Assembly (NCBI RefSeq): GCF_963921235.1
Contig: NC_086101.1
Location: 11,224,001 to 11,288,000, forward strand
Origin: Mobula hypostoma
Taxonomy: Eukaryota
Direction of reading: 5' to 3'
Length of the DNA: 64,000 nt
Part shown: positions 1 to 12,300 of the stretch, piece by piece
How the letters are laid out: every line of letters begins with the position of its first letter
How positions within the stretch are numbered: position 1 is the first letter of the stretch
Notes under the pieces: model-generated
What the model was told of the DNA's origin: nothing
What the model saw: only the letters and a program-made list of their open reading frames with translations
The model's database searches: none
Program-made: the position numbers and the translations under genes

Positions 1-39
1 AGTCTGTCCACTGCTCTGAAAAACGTCAGGAACAAAAGC

Positions 40-380
40 AAGAGGAGGCCATTCAGTCCCTCATACCTGCTGTCCTATTATATAACATCAACATCACTTC
101 TCTCTGCTGATGTCATTGCCACGATTTCCCTTCTTATTGAAAAATCTACTGTCTCTCCTGAACATACTGGCCCTCTAAACATCCACAGCCCCCACATCAC
201 CCCCAGCTTGAAATGTTCACCGGCTTAGTGAATTAATTTATTATCATCCTAATACTCATCCCCTCACTGTGACCCCTCCTTCTAGATGCCCCAGAGACCA
301 GAAACATCAGCCCTGCACCTTCCCTGTGAAGTCAGGAGAATGTCTGTAACATTCAGTTTGATGGCTAGATGTTCTTCTAA
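40..380 (-). mobile_element. Degraded CR1 LINE 3' end
   Basis: Starts with aggaggccattcagtccc, resembling the reverse complement of the CR1 3' stem-loop seen in intact copies here; heavily diverged, ends approximate. Confidence 0.5.
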
Positions 381-959
381 ATTATGGTTTGCGTTATTTG
401 GTCACAGACCATCCCACAAAAGTTGAAAGTTCACACTCTCCTCCCCCCCCCCCCACACACAGGCGCGCGCGCGCGCACACACACACGCTGAAGCACAGAG
501 AAATTACCCACTGACTACTCCTCACTTTCCCCAGCCTCCATTCTAACTCTCCAAACATTGATCCTCCCTCTGACTCTTCCCTCCCCCTCAATCACCATTC
601 AGGCTCCCCTAGACCCTCTCTCCCACATTCCACATCCTGCTTCTTCCTCCTGCATTCAGCACAGACCCTCACTCCCACTCCAACCTTTGAGCCTTGGCAC
701 TCCCCCTCCTCTCTGCATCCTCTCTCACCCGACCTCCATGCACTCCTCAATCCCAGTCCTTTCCAATCACTGACTCTCCAGCCTTGTGAACCTGATTCCA
801 TTTGCAAAAAGGTCCCCACTAGAGAGAGAAGGGAATGAAGGGTCAAAGGTCTGCACACACTCCTCCCAGTGTGGGTTTCTCTCTGACCCTCTGACTCTCA
901 GATTTCCAGTGCCTCGTTCTCTCCACTTCGGATCGTGGGACACAGGATTCTGATAGCAT

Positions 960-1600
960 ATTGTTATCAAAACAATTTCAATGGAAGGTCTGGACTGGCA
1001 GCTCAGTGTTCTGGAGTACAGGTGCTACAGGTGTGGTAGAAATGGAGGTAAGAGAGGAGGGGGTCATGATGTTGGATATAGAGTTTCAATGCAAAACAGA
1101 GTAATATTGGGGGAAATGTGCGGTGAGGCTAAACTGGTAGAAATTAAAAAATAGGAGGGATACGAACACAGTAACAATTTTCACTGCAGTACTCCAAGCG
1201 ATAAAGCTGGGAGTGCATCCGGTGAGACTCTATTGGTTAAAGTTATGAATAAAAGCAGGATAACCACTTTTTGAGGATTTAATTATGGGACCCAAAAATC
1301 AGTGGGAATTTGAGACCCCAGTTGTAGGAATGTTAAAATTGCAATAAGAGGTGATTTCAACATCTTTAATATTGACTGGGATAGCCATCATGCTGAGAGA
1401 TTTGACAGGGCACAATTGGGAAAATGTGCTTCCTGAAAGTCTTGACAAGATACATGTAGATGGCCCAACTCGAGAAGGGATTACACTTGACCACCTGACA
1501 GTGAGGCTGAGATGGTGGTTAATGTGCCAGTGGGGGAGTCTTTGCCCCAGTGAGCAGCTTTCTGTTCGATTTGAAATAATTATGGAAAAGCTTGACGAGT
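960..1600 (+). mobile_element. Highly degraded CR1 ORF2 endonuclease region
   Basis: Remnants of the RRGGG, GDFN and 'HVDGPTREGITLD' motifs (ORF 1351-1602); many stops. Confidence 0.55.
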
Positions 1601-1729
1601 GATAAACGTGAACCTCCCTAGAAAGCTGAGAAGTCTTAGACTCTCTTTCTCTGTCCCTGATAGATAAACACACACACACCTCTATCCCCAGTCTTCTTCT
1701 CACTGACACCTAGTCTCACCTGGACCTTT

Positions 1730-1860
1730 CTCAACTGTTAGTATTGAGGGGGTCTATAAAAACACCCAGTAGAGTTTTTGCCCCTTTCCTGTTTCTGACT
1801 TCCACCCACACTGACTCAGTAGACCATCCCCCCATGACTTCATCCTTTTCTGCAGCCACA
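1730..1860 (-). mobile_element. CR1 endonuclease fragment
   Basis: Similar to 24940-25050 (minus-strand ESVWVEVRNRKG..TLLGVF region). Confidence 0.6.
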
Positions 1861-2979
1861 CGGTAGGCTTATTCAGAAAGTTAGAAGGCATGGGATCCAG
1901 GGACGTTTGGCCAGGTGGATTCAGAATTGGCTTGCCTGCAGAAGGCAGAGTGTGGTGGTGGAGGGAGTACCACCAGATGGGAGGATTGTGACTAGTGGTG
2001 TCCCACAAGGATCTGTTCTGGGACCTCTACTTTTCGTGATTTTTATTAACGACCGGGATGTGGGGGTAGAAGGGTGGGTTGGCAAGTTTGCAGATGACAC
2101 AAAGGTTGGTGGTGTTACAGGGAGTGTAGAGGATTGTCAAAGATTGCAGAGAGACATTGATAGGATGCAGAAGTGGGCTGAGAAGTGGCAGATGGAGTTC
2201 AACCCGGAGAAGTGTGAGGTGGTACACTTTGGAAGGACAAACTCCAAGGCAGAGTACAAAGTAAATGACAGGATACTTGATAGTGTGGAGGAGCAGAGGG
2301 ATCTCGGGGTACATGTCCACAGATCCCTGCAAGTTGCCTCACAGGTGGATAGGGTAGTTAAGAAAGCTTATGGGGTGTTAGCTTTCATAAGTCGAGGGAT
2401 AGAGTTTAAGAGTCGCGATGTAATGATGCAGCTCTATAAAACTCTGGTTAGGTCACACTTGGAGTACTGTGTCCAGTTCTGGTCACCTCACTATAGGAAG
2501 GATGTGGAAGCATTGGAAAGGGTACAGAGGAGATTTACCAGGATGCTGCCTGGTTTAGAAAGTATGCATTATGATCAGAGATTAAGGGAGCTAGGGCTTT
2601 ACTCTTTGGAGAGAAGGAGGATGAGAGGAGACATGATAGAGATGTATAAGATAATAAGAGGAATAGATAGAGTGGATAGCCAGCACCTCTTCCCCAGGGC
2701 ACCACTGCTCAATACAAGAGGACATGGCTTTAAGGTAAGGGTGGGAAGTTCAAGGGGGATATTAGAGGAAGGTTTTTTACTCAGAGAGTGGTTGGTGCAT
2801 GGAATGCACTGCCTGAGTCAGTGGTGGAGGCAGATACACTAGTGAAATTTAAGAGACTATTAGACAGGTATATGGAGGAATCTAAGGTGGGGGCTTATAT
2901 GGGAGGCAGGGTTTGAGGGTCGGCACAACATTGTGGGCCGAAGGGCCTGTACTGTGCTGTACTATTCTATGTTCTATGT
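1861..2979 (+). mobile_element. 5'-truncated young CR1 LINE (RT C-terminal half and 3' UTR)
   Basis: ORF 1907-2842 has [26 protein letters not shown] and RRMRGD; 1-nt deletion near 2740 relative to the 58331 copy; tail ttctatgttctatgtt. Confidence 0.95.
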
Positions 2980-3930
2980 TCCCAGTTCCTCCGTCTCCAC
3001 CCTTCTGCTGTCAGGATGAAGCTATTCATTCCAAAACAACTGAGATGTTCCCTTCCTCAAAGAAAGGGGCTTCCATTGCTCCATCATCAACGCTGCACTC
3101 ACCTGCATCTCTTCCATTCCTCACACATCTGCCCACACCCCATCTTCCCTGCCGTACCAGGGATAGGGTGGTCCTCACCTACCACCCTATTAGCCTCCAC
3201 GTCCAGCACATAATTCTTCATAATTTCCGCCATCTCCAACAGGATCCCACCACAAAGCACATCTTTCCCTCCCCCCCACCAACACTTCGCTTTCCTCAGG
3301 GATCGCCCCCTATGCATCTCCCTTATCCATTCATCCCTCCCCACTGATCTCCCTCCTGGTACTTGTCCTTGCAAGCAGAACAAGTGCCACTTCTGCCCCT
3401 ACACCTCCTCCCTCGCTACCATTCAGTCCTTCCCGGCGAGGCAACATTCACCTCCGAGTCTGTTGGTGTCATCTACGGTATCCGGTACTCCTCGTGTAGC
3501 CTCCTATATATTGGTGAGACCCGACAGAGACTGGGAGACTGCTTCACTGAGCACCTTCATTCAGTCTGCTGCAAAAAGTGGGATCACTGGTGGCCACCCA
3601 TTTCAATTCTACATCCCATCCCCTTTCCAGCATGTCAGTCCATGGCCTCCTCTGCTGCTACGATGAGACCACACTCAGTTTGGAGGAGCAGCACCTTATA
3701 TTCCGTCTGGGTAGCCTCCAACCTAATGGGATGAACATCAGTTTCTCAATCTTCCTGTAATTGCCCCTTCTCTCTTCACCATTCCCCATTCCTGTTTCTC
3801 TCTCTCACCATATCTCCTTATCTACCCATCACCTCCCTCTGGTGCTCCTCTGCCTTCCCTTTCTTCCATGTTCTCTGTCCTCTGCTATCAGATTCCCCCT
3901 TCTCCAGCCTTTGTCTCTTTCACCAATCTC
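2980..3930 (+). mobile_element. Penelope-like element fragment (GIY-YIG endonuclease)
   Basis: 'VVLTYHP' and 'GVIYGIRYSSCSLLYIGETRQRLGDCFTEH' GIY-YIG motif; C-terminus LIFRLGSLQPNGMN; frameshifted. Confidence 0.9.
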
Positions 3931-4009
3931 CCTGTGGTTCAGCACAAACTAGAGAGTCCCAATGGCCTGTTTTATGCTGTACTTTTCTCTGACACTATGA
4001 ACTTATCCC

Positions 4010-4270
4010 AACCACCCATCCCACAATCTCTTTGACTCACTACCCTCAGGTTCCAATATAGAAGCATTAGGACTAGGACTGCCAGACTGGGTAACAGCTT
4101 CTTCCCTCAGGCTGAGAGACGAATGAATACCCTGCCACCACCGAGGTCTCATCACCAGGACAACGAGCTGGTTACTGTTCACTAGTCCTGTGGTTTACCG
4201 AATGCATTTTGAACTGTATTTTATTAACTTATTTATAATATAATATTTTGGCTTATGCTTTGTGTGTGAT
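4010..4270 (+). mobile_element. Rex1/Babar-type LINE 3' fragment
   Basis: Encodes an HPSHNLF..LPSG..YRSIRTRTARLGNSFFPQA-like C-terminus, homologous to 55837-56355. Confidence 0.6.
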
Positions 4271-4496
4271 GTTGACCATCTTTCCCATCCCACTTCATGC
4301 CAGTTAGTTCTTAATTCCCTAGTCTTGGGGAAAAGAGGTCTGGCTAATTATTCCGTCCACAGGAGATCAAACCTTATCACTACCGACTCAAGATGTAACT
4401 TCAAATATCAAGTAAATTTAGCCTTAAAGTGAATACTAGAATCAGTGATGGTGACCGTTTCATTCTTACAGGCTTGTTGTAAAAACCTATCCGAAT

Positions 4497-4780
4497 CGGC
4501 TGGCACGGTAAGCGAGCAGTTAGTGTAACGCTGTTGCAGCTCCAGTGGCCCGGGGTCAATTCCCGCTGCTGTCTGTGAGCAGTTTGTATATTGTCCCTGT
4601 GACTGTGTAGGTTTCCTCTCACATTCCAAAGGAGTATGGATCAGGTTTAGTAAGTCACGAGCAGGGTATGATAGCGACACTTGCGGGCTTCCCCCAGCAC
4701 ATCTCAGACAGTGTTGGTCTGAACCGCCCCATTTCACTGTATGTTTCGATGTACATATAACAAGCAAAGTTAATCATTAT
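4497..4780 (+). mobile_element. tRNA-derived V-SINE (HE1-like)
   Basis: A/B-box-like head (ggcacggt..gcagttag / cccggggtcaattcccg) followed by a V-domain-like ctgtgagcagtttgtatattgtccctgtgac. Confidence 0.6.
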
Positions 4781-5047
4781 GATTAAATACACGATTACTG
4801 TTCAGGGGAGGACATCAGCCTTCCTACACACAGACACACACAAACATTTCCTTGTCATTCTGCTGTTATCGCTCCCTGTCGTAGAGAAAGAGCGAGGCTG
4901 CGAGAAGTTCGCACGGCAACATACGGAGCTATTATCGTGCTTTCTGTTGGATATATTTTCACTACTTTCTCGAATACTTGTCAGTTTCATTTTTGTCGCA
5001 CATAATAAGCACCCTGGCCCTAAAGTGCGAAGCGAATCCAGCCACAT

Positions 5048-7742
5048 TGTCATGGTCCGGTCCAATAAATCCGCATTCCGGTTCACGGTCACGTCCATCG
5101 ATTCCTTATTCCGGGTTTTCCCTGTTTTCCCCGCTCCGTTGGGCTCCTTAATAGAGCCACCTGATTCTAGTTTCAGGCTGGCTACATAAATAGCTTCAGG
5201 ATTAAACTTCTTTTGCTGGACTCTTCCTTTCCCCTTCCCATCTGAATCCCTGGCAGTTACTTTGGTAGTTTATCTCAACAGTTACTTCGGCCCTGCGTCC
5301 TCGAAAGGGACACGGCCCTGCGTCCTAGAAAGTGTCCCGGCCCTGCGAAAGCATCCCGGCCCTACATCCCAGAAAGGGTCCCGACCCTGAGCTTCAAGGA
5401 GGAGTCCTGGCTCCGTACCCAAGAGCCTAACCAAGCCGAGTCCAAGAGCTGAGTCAACCCTAGTCCAAGAGCCACGTCCTGCCCTGGAGTACCTCGTCCA
5501 GTCCACGTCCAAGGCTCTGAGCGTCCAGTCCATGTCCGAGGTTCTGAGCGTCCAGTCCAAGTCCAAGGCTCTGTGTTCCTGTGTTCCAAGATCAAGTCCA
5601 GGCGCCGAGTTCCAGCTCTGTCTAAATCTGAGCTTCGTGTTCTCATCTAGTTCCGGTTCCTCGCCCAGCCCGGTGCTGGAGATTCCTCGTCCTGCGTTGG
5701 GGTACCTCGTCCTGTGCTGGAGATTCCTCGCCCTGTACTGGAGTACCCCGTCCTGTCCTTGCCAAGTTTCTAGTCCCGAGTCCTAGCCTAGACCGGGGTT
5801 CCAGTTCCGAGTCCCAACCAAGACCCAGGTTCCAGGTCCTTGTCCAGGCTCTGGTTCCGGAGTTTCGTGTTCCTAGTCCAGGCTCCTCGTTCCTTGTTCT
5901 TTGTCCGGGTCCCGTGTTTCTAGTCCAAGTCCTAGCCTAGGCCCTGAATCCTAGTCTCGTCTAGGGCCTGTGTCAATGTCCAGCGTCGTTTCATCCTTAC
6001 TCACCTTGCTATCTCGATAAGCTTAGTCCTGTTCCTACTACTTCAGTGTCTGTGTCTTGCATTTGGGTCCGCCATCAACGCCCCCCTTGTAACAGAACAG
6101 CCCAGTCATACATGGACCCAGCGACGCAGACACTGTCATTTAACTCCCGCCATCCTGGGTTCCCTCCTGTTGAATACCCCGCCCCCACCCGTCCAGGTCG
6201 TCCATAGTCCAGGAAACCCTGTTAGGTCTCCGGGAGGTTCGCATGGGGGTGGGGATGGAACTGTCATGGTCCGGTCCGTGAAGCCCACACTCCAGTTCAC
6301 GGTCCAGTCCGTCGACTCCTTATTCCGAGTTTTCCGTTTTCTCCGGTTTCTGTTGGGCTCCTTAATGGCACCTGATTCTAGTTTCAGGCTGGCTACACAA
6401 ATAGCTTCGGGATTCAGCTTATTTGCTGTGGGGCACTGTGCATTAAACAAAACATTGAAAATGATAGGGAAACACCAGACAGGATTGTGTGAGGAATGTC
6501 AGGAAGAGGAGTCAGTAGAACATGTAGTTCTGAGTTGTAGGAAGTATGAGATACAGATAGAGAGATGATGAGAAATAAATTGAGGGAGTTGGGGATGCAG
6601 GAATTCACATTAAAAGGGTTGCTGGGCATGGGTGAGAGAGCACAAGTCCGGGTATTTTTAGCGTTTTTAAGGGGTACAGGGGTTTTTTATAGAATATGAC
6701 GAATAAACAGGAATAGTATACTAGGATGGTCAAAGATGGGAGGGTGAAGTGTAGGTGTGTGTGTGTGTGAAGGGATTTAGAATGTATGTCTAGTACACAT
6801 TCTGGAGCAGAGGGTGGCGGTAATGCACCATTAAGCTGGATGCCAACCGCCGTAAAACAAGATACAGACAGGCAGACAGCTTATTTGCTGGACTGTTCCC
6901 TCCCCTCCCCTCCCCTCCCCATCTGAATCCCTGGCAGTTACTTTGACAGTTTATCTCAACAGTTACTTCGGCACTAATCTTCGTCTGTAACCTTCGCCTG
7001 CTACTTTGCCTGCAACCTCGCCTGCGTCCTCGCCTGTATCGCCGTCTAGCCAACCGCCGGAGTGAGACCGGAGCCTTGCCACGCCAATGATAAGGAACTA
7101 TCTATCGTTGAGTTTGGAACTGTCTCTTTGAGTCCGTGTGTTTAGTATCCGTGTCAAAGAGTCCCGGGCCCTAGGTCCTGTTCCCAAGGAGGGGTCTTGA
7201 CTCTGTGTAAAGCCCCGGCCCCAAGTCCTGTTCCCAAGGAGAGGTCCTGGCTCTGTGTTCTGTGTTCCCCTGTTCCAAGTTCCAGGCGCCGTGTTCCAGT
7301 CCCGTCCAAGTCAAAGCTTCGTGTTCTCGTCCTGTCCACGTGCCTCGCCCAGCTCAGTGCTGGAGATTCCTCGTCCTGTCCTTGCCAAGATCCTTCTCCC
7401 GAGTTCTAGCCTAGACCCAGGTTCCGGATCCGAGTCAAGACCCAGGTTCCGAGTCCCAACCAAGACCCAGGTCCCGGGTCCTTGTCCAGTCTCTGGTTCC
7501 GCAGTTCCGTGTTCCTAGTCCAGGCTCCTCGTTCCTAGTTCCCCATCCGGGTCCCGTGTTTCTAGTCCGTCCTAGCCCAGGCCCTGAATCCTAGTCTCGT
7601 CCAGGGCCTGTGTCAACGTCCAGCGTCATTTCTTCCTTACTCACCTTGCTATCTCGATAAGCCTGGTCCCGTTCCTAGTACTTCAGTGCCTGTGTCTTAC
7701 ATTTGGGTCTGCCATCAACGCCGCCCCCCCCCCCCCGTAACA
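5048..7742 (+). mobile_element. Non-autonomous miniature LTR retroelement (Tf1/sushi-group derivative): LTR 5048-6094, interior 6095-6261, LTR 6262-7742
   Basis: Both LTRs run TGTCATGG...GTAACA; 5-bp TSD CACAT (5043-5047 and 7743-7747); interior has gag start ATGGACCCAGCG and PPT gggggtggggatggaa. Confidence 0.9.
6429..6876 (+). mobile_element. Nimb/I-clade non-LTR retrotransposon 3' fragment inserted in the 3' LTR
   Basis: Encodes GHCALNKTLKMIGKHQTGLCEECQEEESVEHVVLSC (C-terminal CCHC knuckle); 3' UTR ggtggcggtaatgcacc...gccaaccgcc; 14-bp TSD cagcttatttgctg (6415-6428 and 6877-6890). Confidence 0.8.
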
Positions 7743-8104
7743 CACATTTCCTTTGGGCAGACCCACGTATCTAACAGCTGTACTTTGAGAGCACTTTCGT
7801 GACTTTCTCAGTTTGCTGTACAAACTACATGAGAAACTAAGGCAGGGCCAGTGATTGCGGGGATCAGAGGGGTGCAGAGACCGCAAGTGGCCAGGGGTCT
7901 AAGCCAGAGCTCGGATACCAAGGATTGGCAAGCTTGAATATCGAGGCCCGAAGATCGAAGACTGAAGCGGGTGAGGCTGGAGTTCGAAGCTCGGTGTTCA
8001 CGATTCTGTGCGGCCGGGGTCAAGGACTCGAGTTCGAGGCACCCGGTCCTAGGTTTGGAGGCCCGTCTGTGTGTGCGTAGGGGGAAGTACCTAATCTGCA
8101 CCCT

Positions 8105-9330
8105 AAGACCAAAAGAGGATAAAGTGATTTCGGCTATCGAGTCTGCTCCGCCATTCCATCACGGCTGATCCCGGACCCCACTCAACCAAATACACCTGCT
8201 TTCTCGCCATATTCTTTGATGCTTTGACCAGGAAATGATCAACCTTATATATCAACGGACCTGGCCACCACCGCAGACTGTGCCAGAGCATTTCACAGAT
8301 TTACTGCTTCCTGGAGAAGAAAATTCCTCCTTACCTCTATTCTAAAAGGTGGCCCCTCTATTTTGAGATTCTGCCCTCTAGTTCTGGATACTCCGACCGT
8401 AGGAAACATCCTCTCCTCATCCACCTATCTCGTCCTTTCAACATTCGATTTGTTTCAATGAGATCCCTCCCACATACTCCCCCACCCCTGCATTCTTCTA
8501 AATTCCAGCGAGTACAAGCCCAAAGCGGCCAAACGCTGTTCACATGTTAACACCTTCACTGGACTCTCTCAAATGTCAACGCATCTTTTCTGAGATATAT
8601 GGCCCAAAACTGTTGACAGTACTCCAAGTGCGGTCTGGCCCGTGTCTTATAAAGCCTCAGCATTATCTCATTGCTTTTATATTCAATTCCCCTTGAAATA
8701 AATGCCACCATTGCATTTGCCTTCTTTACCACACAATCAACCTGTAAATTAACCTTCTGGGAGTCTTGCAATGACACTCACTCCTGCTCCCTGACACTCA
8801 TGGACCTCTGGCACACTGCTAGTGTCTTCCACAGTGAACACTGATGTAAAGAACCCATTAAGATCATCTGCCATTTATTTGTCCCCCATTGCTACCTCAC
8901 CAGCATCATTTTCCAATAGTCCAATATCAACCCTCACCTTCCTTTTATTCTTTACATAACTGAAAAAAAAACCGTCTGGTACCCTTCTTATATTATTGGC
9001 CAGTTTGCAGTCATATTTCATCTTTTCACTTCTTATAGTTTTTTTAGTTGCCTTTTGTTGGATTTTAAAATATTCCCAATCATGCAACTTCCCACTCAGT
9101 TTTGCTACCACATATGCCCTTTCCTTGGCTTTTATGCAGTCCTTAACTTCTCTTGTCAGCCACGGTTGCCTACCTTTGCCATTTGAGAACAACATCTTCA
9201 GTGGGACATATCCATCCTGTGCCTTGTGAACTATTCAAAAAACCTTCTGCCACCTCTGCTCTGCGTCATCCCCACCAATATCCTCCTCCAATCCACTTGG
9301 GCAAGCCCTTCTCTCATGCCTCTGTAATTC
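8105..9330 (-). mobile_element. CR1 LINE with internal deletion
   Basis: ORFs 8556-8777 (RPHLEYC) and 8875-9195 (PWLTREV) lie next to each other although normally >1 kb apart; CR1 3' UTR near 8105-8200. Confidence 0.9.
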
Positions 9331-12300
9331 CTGTGGAGTCTGTGGTGGCCAGTGCTATCATGTTTGCTGTTGTGTGCTGGGGCAGCAGGTTGAGGGTAGC
9401 AAACACCAACAGAATCAACAAACTCATTCGTAAGGCCAGTGATGTTGTGGGGATGGAACTGGACTCTCTCGCAGTGGTGTCTGAAAAGAGGATGCTGTCC
9501 AAGTTGCATGCCATCTTGGACAATGTCTCCCATCCACTACAGCATTCGTAATAAGGTGGATGAATTGAAAGTGCAGATTGTTATTAATGATTATGATATA
9601 GTTGGGATCACAGAGACATGGCTTCAGTGTGACCAGGGATGGGAGCTCAACGTTCAGGGATATTCAATATTCAGGAGGGATAGACAAGAAGGAAGGGGAG
9701 GTGGGGTGGCGTTGCTGGTTAAAGAAGAGATTCACGCAATAGAAAGGAAGGACATAAGCCGGGAAGATGTGGAATCGATATGGGTAGAGCTGCGTAACAC
9801 TAAGGGGCAGAAGACGCTGGTGGGAGTTGTGTACAGGCCACCTAACAGTAGTAGTGAGGTCGGAGATGGTATTAAACAGGAAATTAGAAATGTGTGCAAT
9901 AAAGGAACAGCAGTTATAATGGGTGACTTCAATCTACATGTAGATTGGGTGAACCAAATTGGTAAAGGTGCTGAGGAAGAGGATTTCTTGGAATGTATGC
10001 GGGATGGTTTTTTGAACCAACATGTCAAGGAACCAACGAGAGAGCAGGCTATTCTGGACTGGGTTTTGAGCAATGAGGAAGGGTTAATTAGCAATCTTGT
10101 CGTGAGAGGCCCCTTGGGTAAGAGTGACCATAATATGGTGGAATTCTTCATTAAGATGGAGAGTGACATAGTTAATTCAGAAACAAAGGTTCTGAACTTA
10201 AAGAGGGGTAACTTTGAAGGTATGAGACGTGAATTAGCTAAGATAGACTGGCAAATGACACTTAAAGGATTGACGGTGGATATTCAATGGCAAGCATTTA
10301 AAGGTTGCATGGATGAACTACAACAATTGTTCATCCCAGTTTGACAAAAGAATAAATCAAGGAAGGTAGTGCACCCGTGGCTGACAAGAGAAATTAGGGA
10401 TACTATCAATTCCAAAGAAGAAGCATACAAATTAGCCAGAGAAAGTGGCTCACCTGAGGACTGGGAGAAATTCAGAGTTCAGCAGAGGAGGACAAAGGGC
10501 TTAATTAGGAAGGGGAAAAAAGATTATGAGAGAAAACTGGCAGGGAACATAAAAACGGACTGTAAAAGCTTTTATAGATATGTAAAAAGGAAAAGACTGG
10601 TAAAGACAAATGTAGACAGAAACAGGTGAATTGATTATGGGGAGCAAGGACATGGCAGACCAATTGAATAATTACTTTGGTTCTGTCTTCACTAAGGAGG
10701 ACATAAATAATCTTGCAGAAATAGTAGGGGACAGAGGGTCCAGTGAGATGGAGGAACTGAGCGAAATACATGTTAGTAGGGAAGTGGTGTTAGGTAAATT
10801 GAAGGGATTGAAGGCAGATAAATCCCCAGGGCCAGATGGTCTGCATCCTAGAGTGCTTAAGGAAGTAGCCCAAGAAATAGCGGATGCATTAGTGATAATT
10901 TTTCAAAACTCGTTAGATTCTGGACTAGTTCCTGAGGATTGGAGGGTGGCTAATGTAACTCCACTTTTTAAAAAAGGAGGGAGAGAGAAACTGGGGAATT
11001 ATAGACCGGTTAGCCTAACGTCGGTGGTGGGGAAACTGCTGGAGTCAGTTATCAAGGGTGTGATAACAGCACATTTGGAAAGCGGTGAAATGATCGAACA
11101 AAGTCAGCATGGATTTGTGAAAGGAAAATCATGTCTGACGAATCTCATAGAATTTTTTGAGGATGTAACTAGTAGAGTGGATAGGGGAGAACCAGTGGAT
11201 GTGGTATATTTGGATTTTCAAAAGGCTTTTGACAAGGTCCCACACAGGAGATTAGTGTGCAAACTTAAAGCACACGGTATTGGGGGTAAGGTATTGATGT
11301 GGGTGGAGAATTGGTTAGCAGACAGGAAGCAAAGAGTGGGAATAAACGGGACCTTTTCAGAATGGCAGGCGGTGACTAGTGGGGTACCGCAAGGCTCAGT
11401 GCTGGGACCCCAGTTGTTTGCAATATATATTAATGACTTGGATGAGGGAATTAAATGCAGCATCTCCAAGTTTGCGGATGACACGAAGCTGGGTGGCAGT
11501 GTTAGCTGTGATGAGGATGCTAAGAGGATGCAGGGTGACTTGGATAGGTTGGGTGAGTGGGCAAATTCATGGCAGATGCAATTTAATGTGGATAAATCTG
11601 AAGTTATCCACTTTGGTGGCAAAAATAAGAAAACAGATTATTATCTGAATGGTGGACGATTAGGAAAAGGAGAGGTGCAACGAGACCTGGGTGTCCTTAT
11701 ACACCAGTCATTGAAAGTGGGCATACAGGTACAGCAGGCGGTGAAAAAGGCGAATGGTATGCTGGCATTTATAGTGAGAGGATTCGAGTACAGGAGCAGG
11801 GAGGTACTACTGCAGTTGTACAAGGCCTTGGTGAGACCACACCTGGAGTATTGTGTGCAGTTTTGGTCCCCTAATCTGAGGAAAGACATCCTTGCCTAGA
11901 GGGAGTACAAAGAAGGTTCACCAGATTGATTCCTGGGATGGCAGGTCTTTCATATGAAGAAAGACTGGATGAACTGGGCTTGTACTCGTTGGAATTTAGA
12001 AGATTGAGGGGGGATCTGATTGAAACATATAAGATCCTAAAGGGATTGGACTGGCTAGATGCAGGAAGATTGTTCCCGATGTTGGGGAAGTCCAGGACGA
12101 GGGGCCACAGTTTGAAGATAGAGGGGAAGCCTTTTAGGACCGAGATTAGGAAAAACTTCTTCACACAGAGAGTGGTGAATCTGTGGAATTCTCTGCCACA
12201 GGAAACAGTTGAGGCCAGTTCATTGGCTATGTTTAAGAGGGAGTTAGATATGGCCCTTGTGGCTACGGGGATCAGGGGGTATGGAGGGAAGGCTGGGGCG

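Noticed and set aside
1730..2979. Opposite-strand CR1 pieces suggesting a twin-priming inversion
   Set aside because: The pieces come from distant parts of ORF2, differ in decay and share no TSD; independent insertions are simpler.
5280..5900. Short interspersed direct repeats resembling a CRISPR array
   Set aside because: Eukaryotic LTR-internal repeats with no constant repeat/unique spacer pattern and no cas genes.
6170..6568. ORF ending in a Cys/His finger
   Set aside because: LTR sequence running into the inserted Nimb fragment.
9732..11622. Long antisense ORFs over CR1 copies (also 37602-38378 and 42917-43489)
   Set aside because: Shadow frames of LINE ORF2 with no independent motifs.
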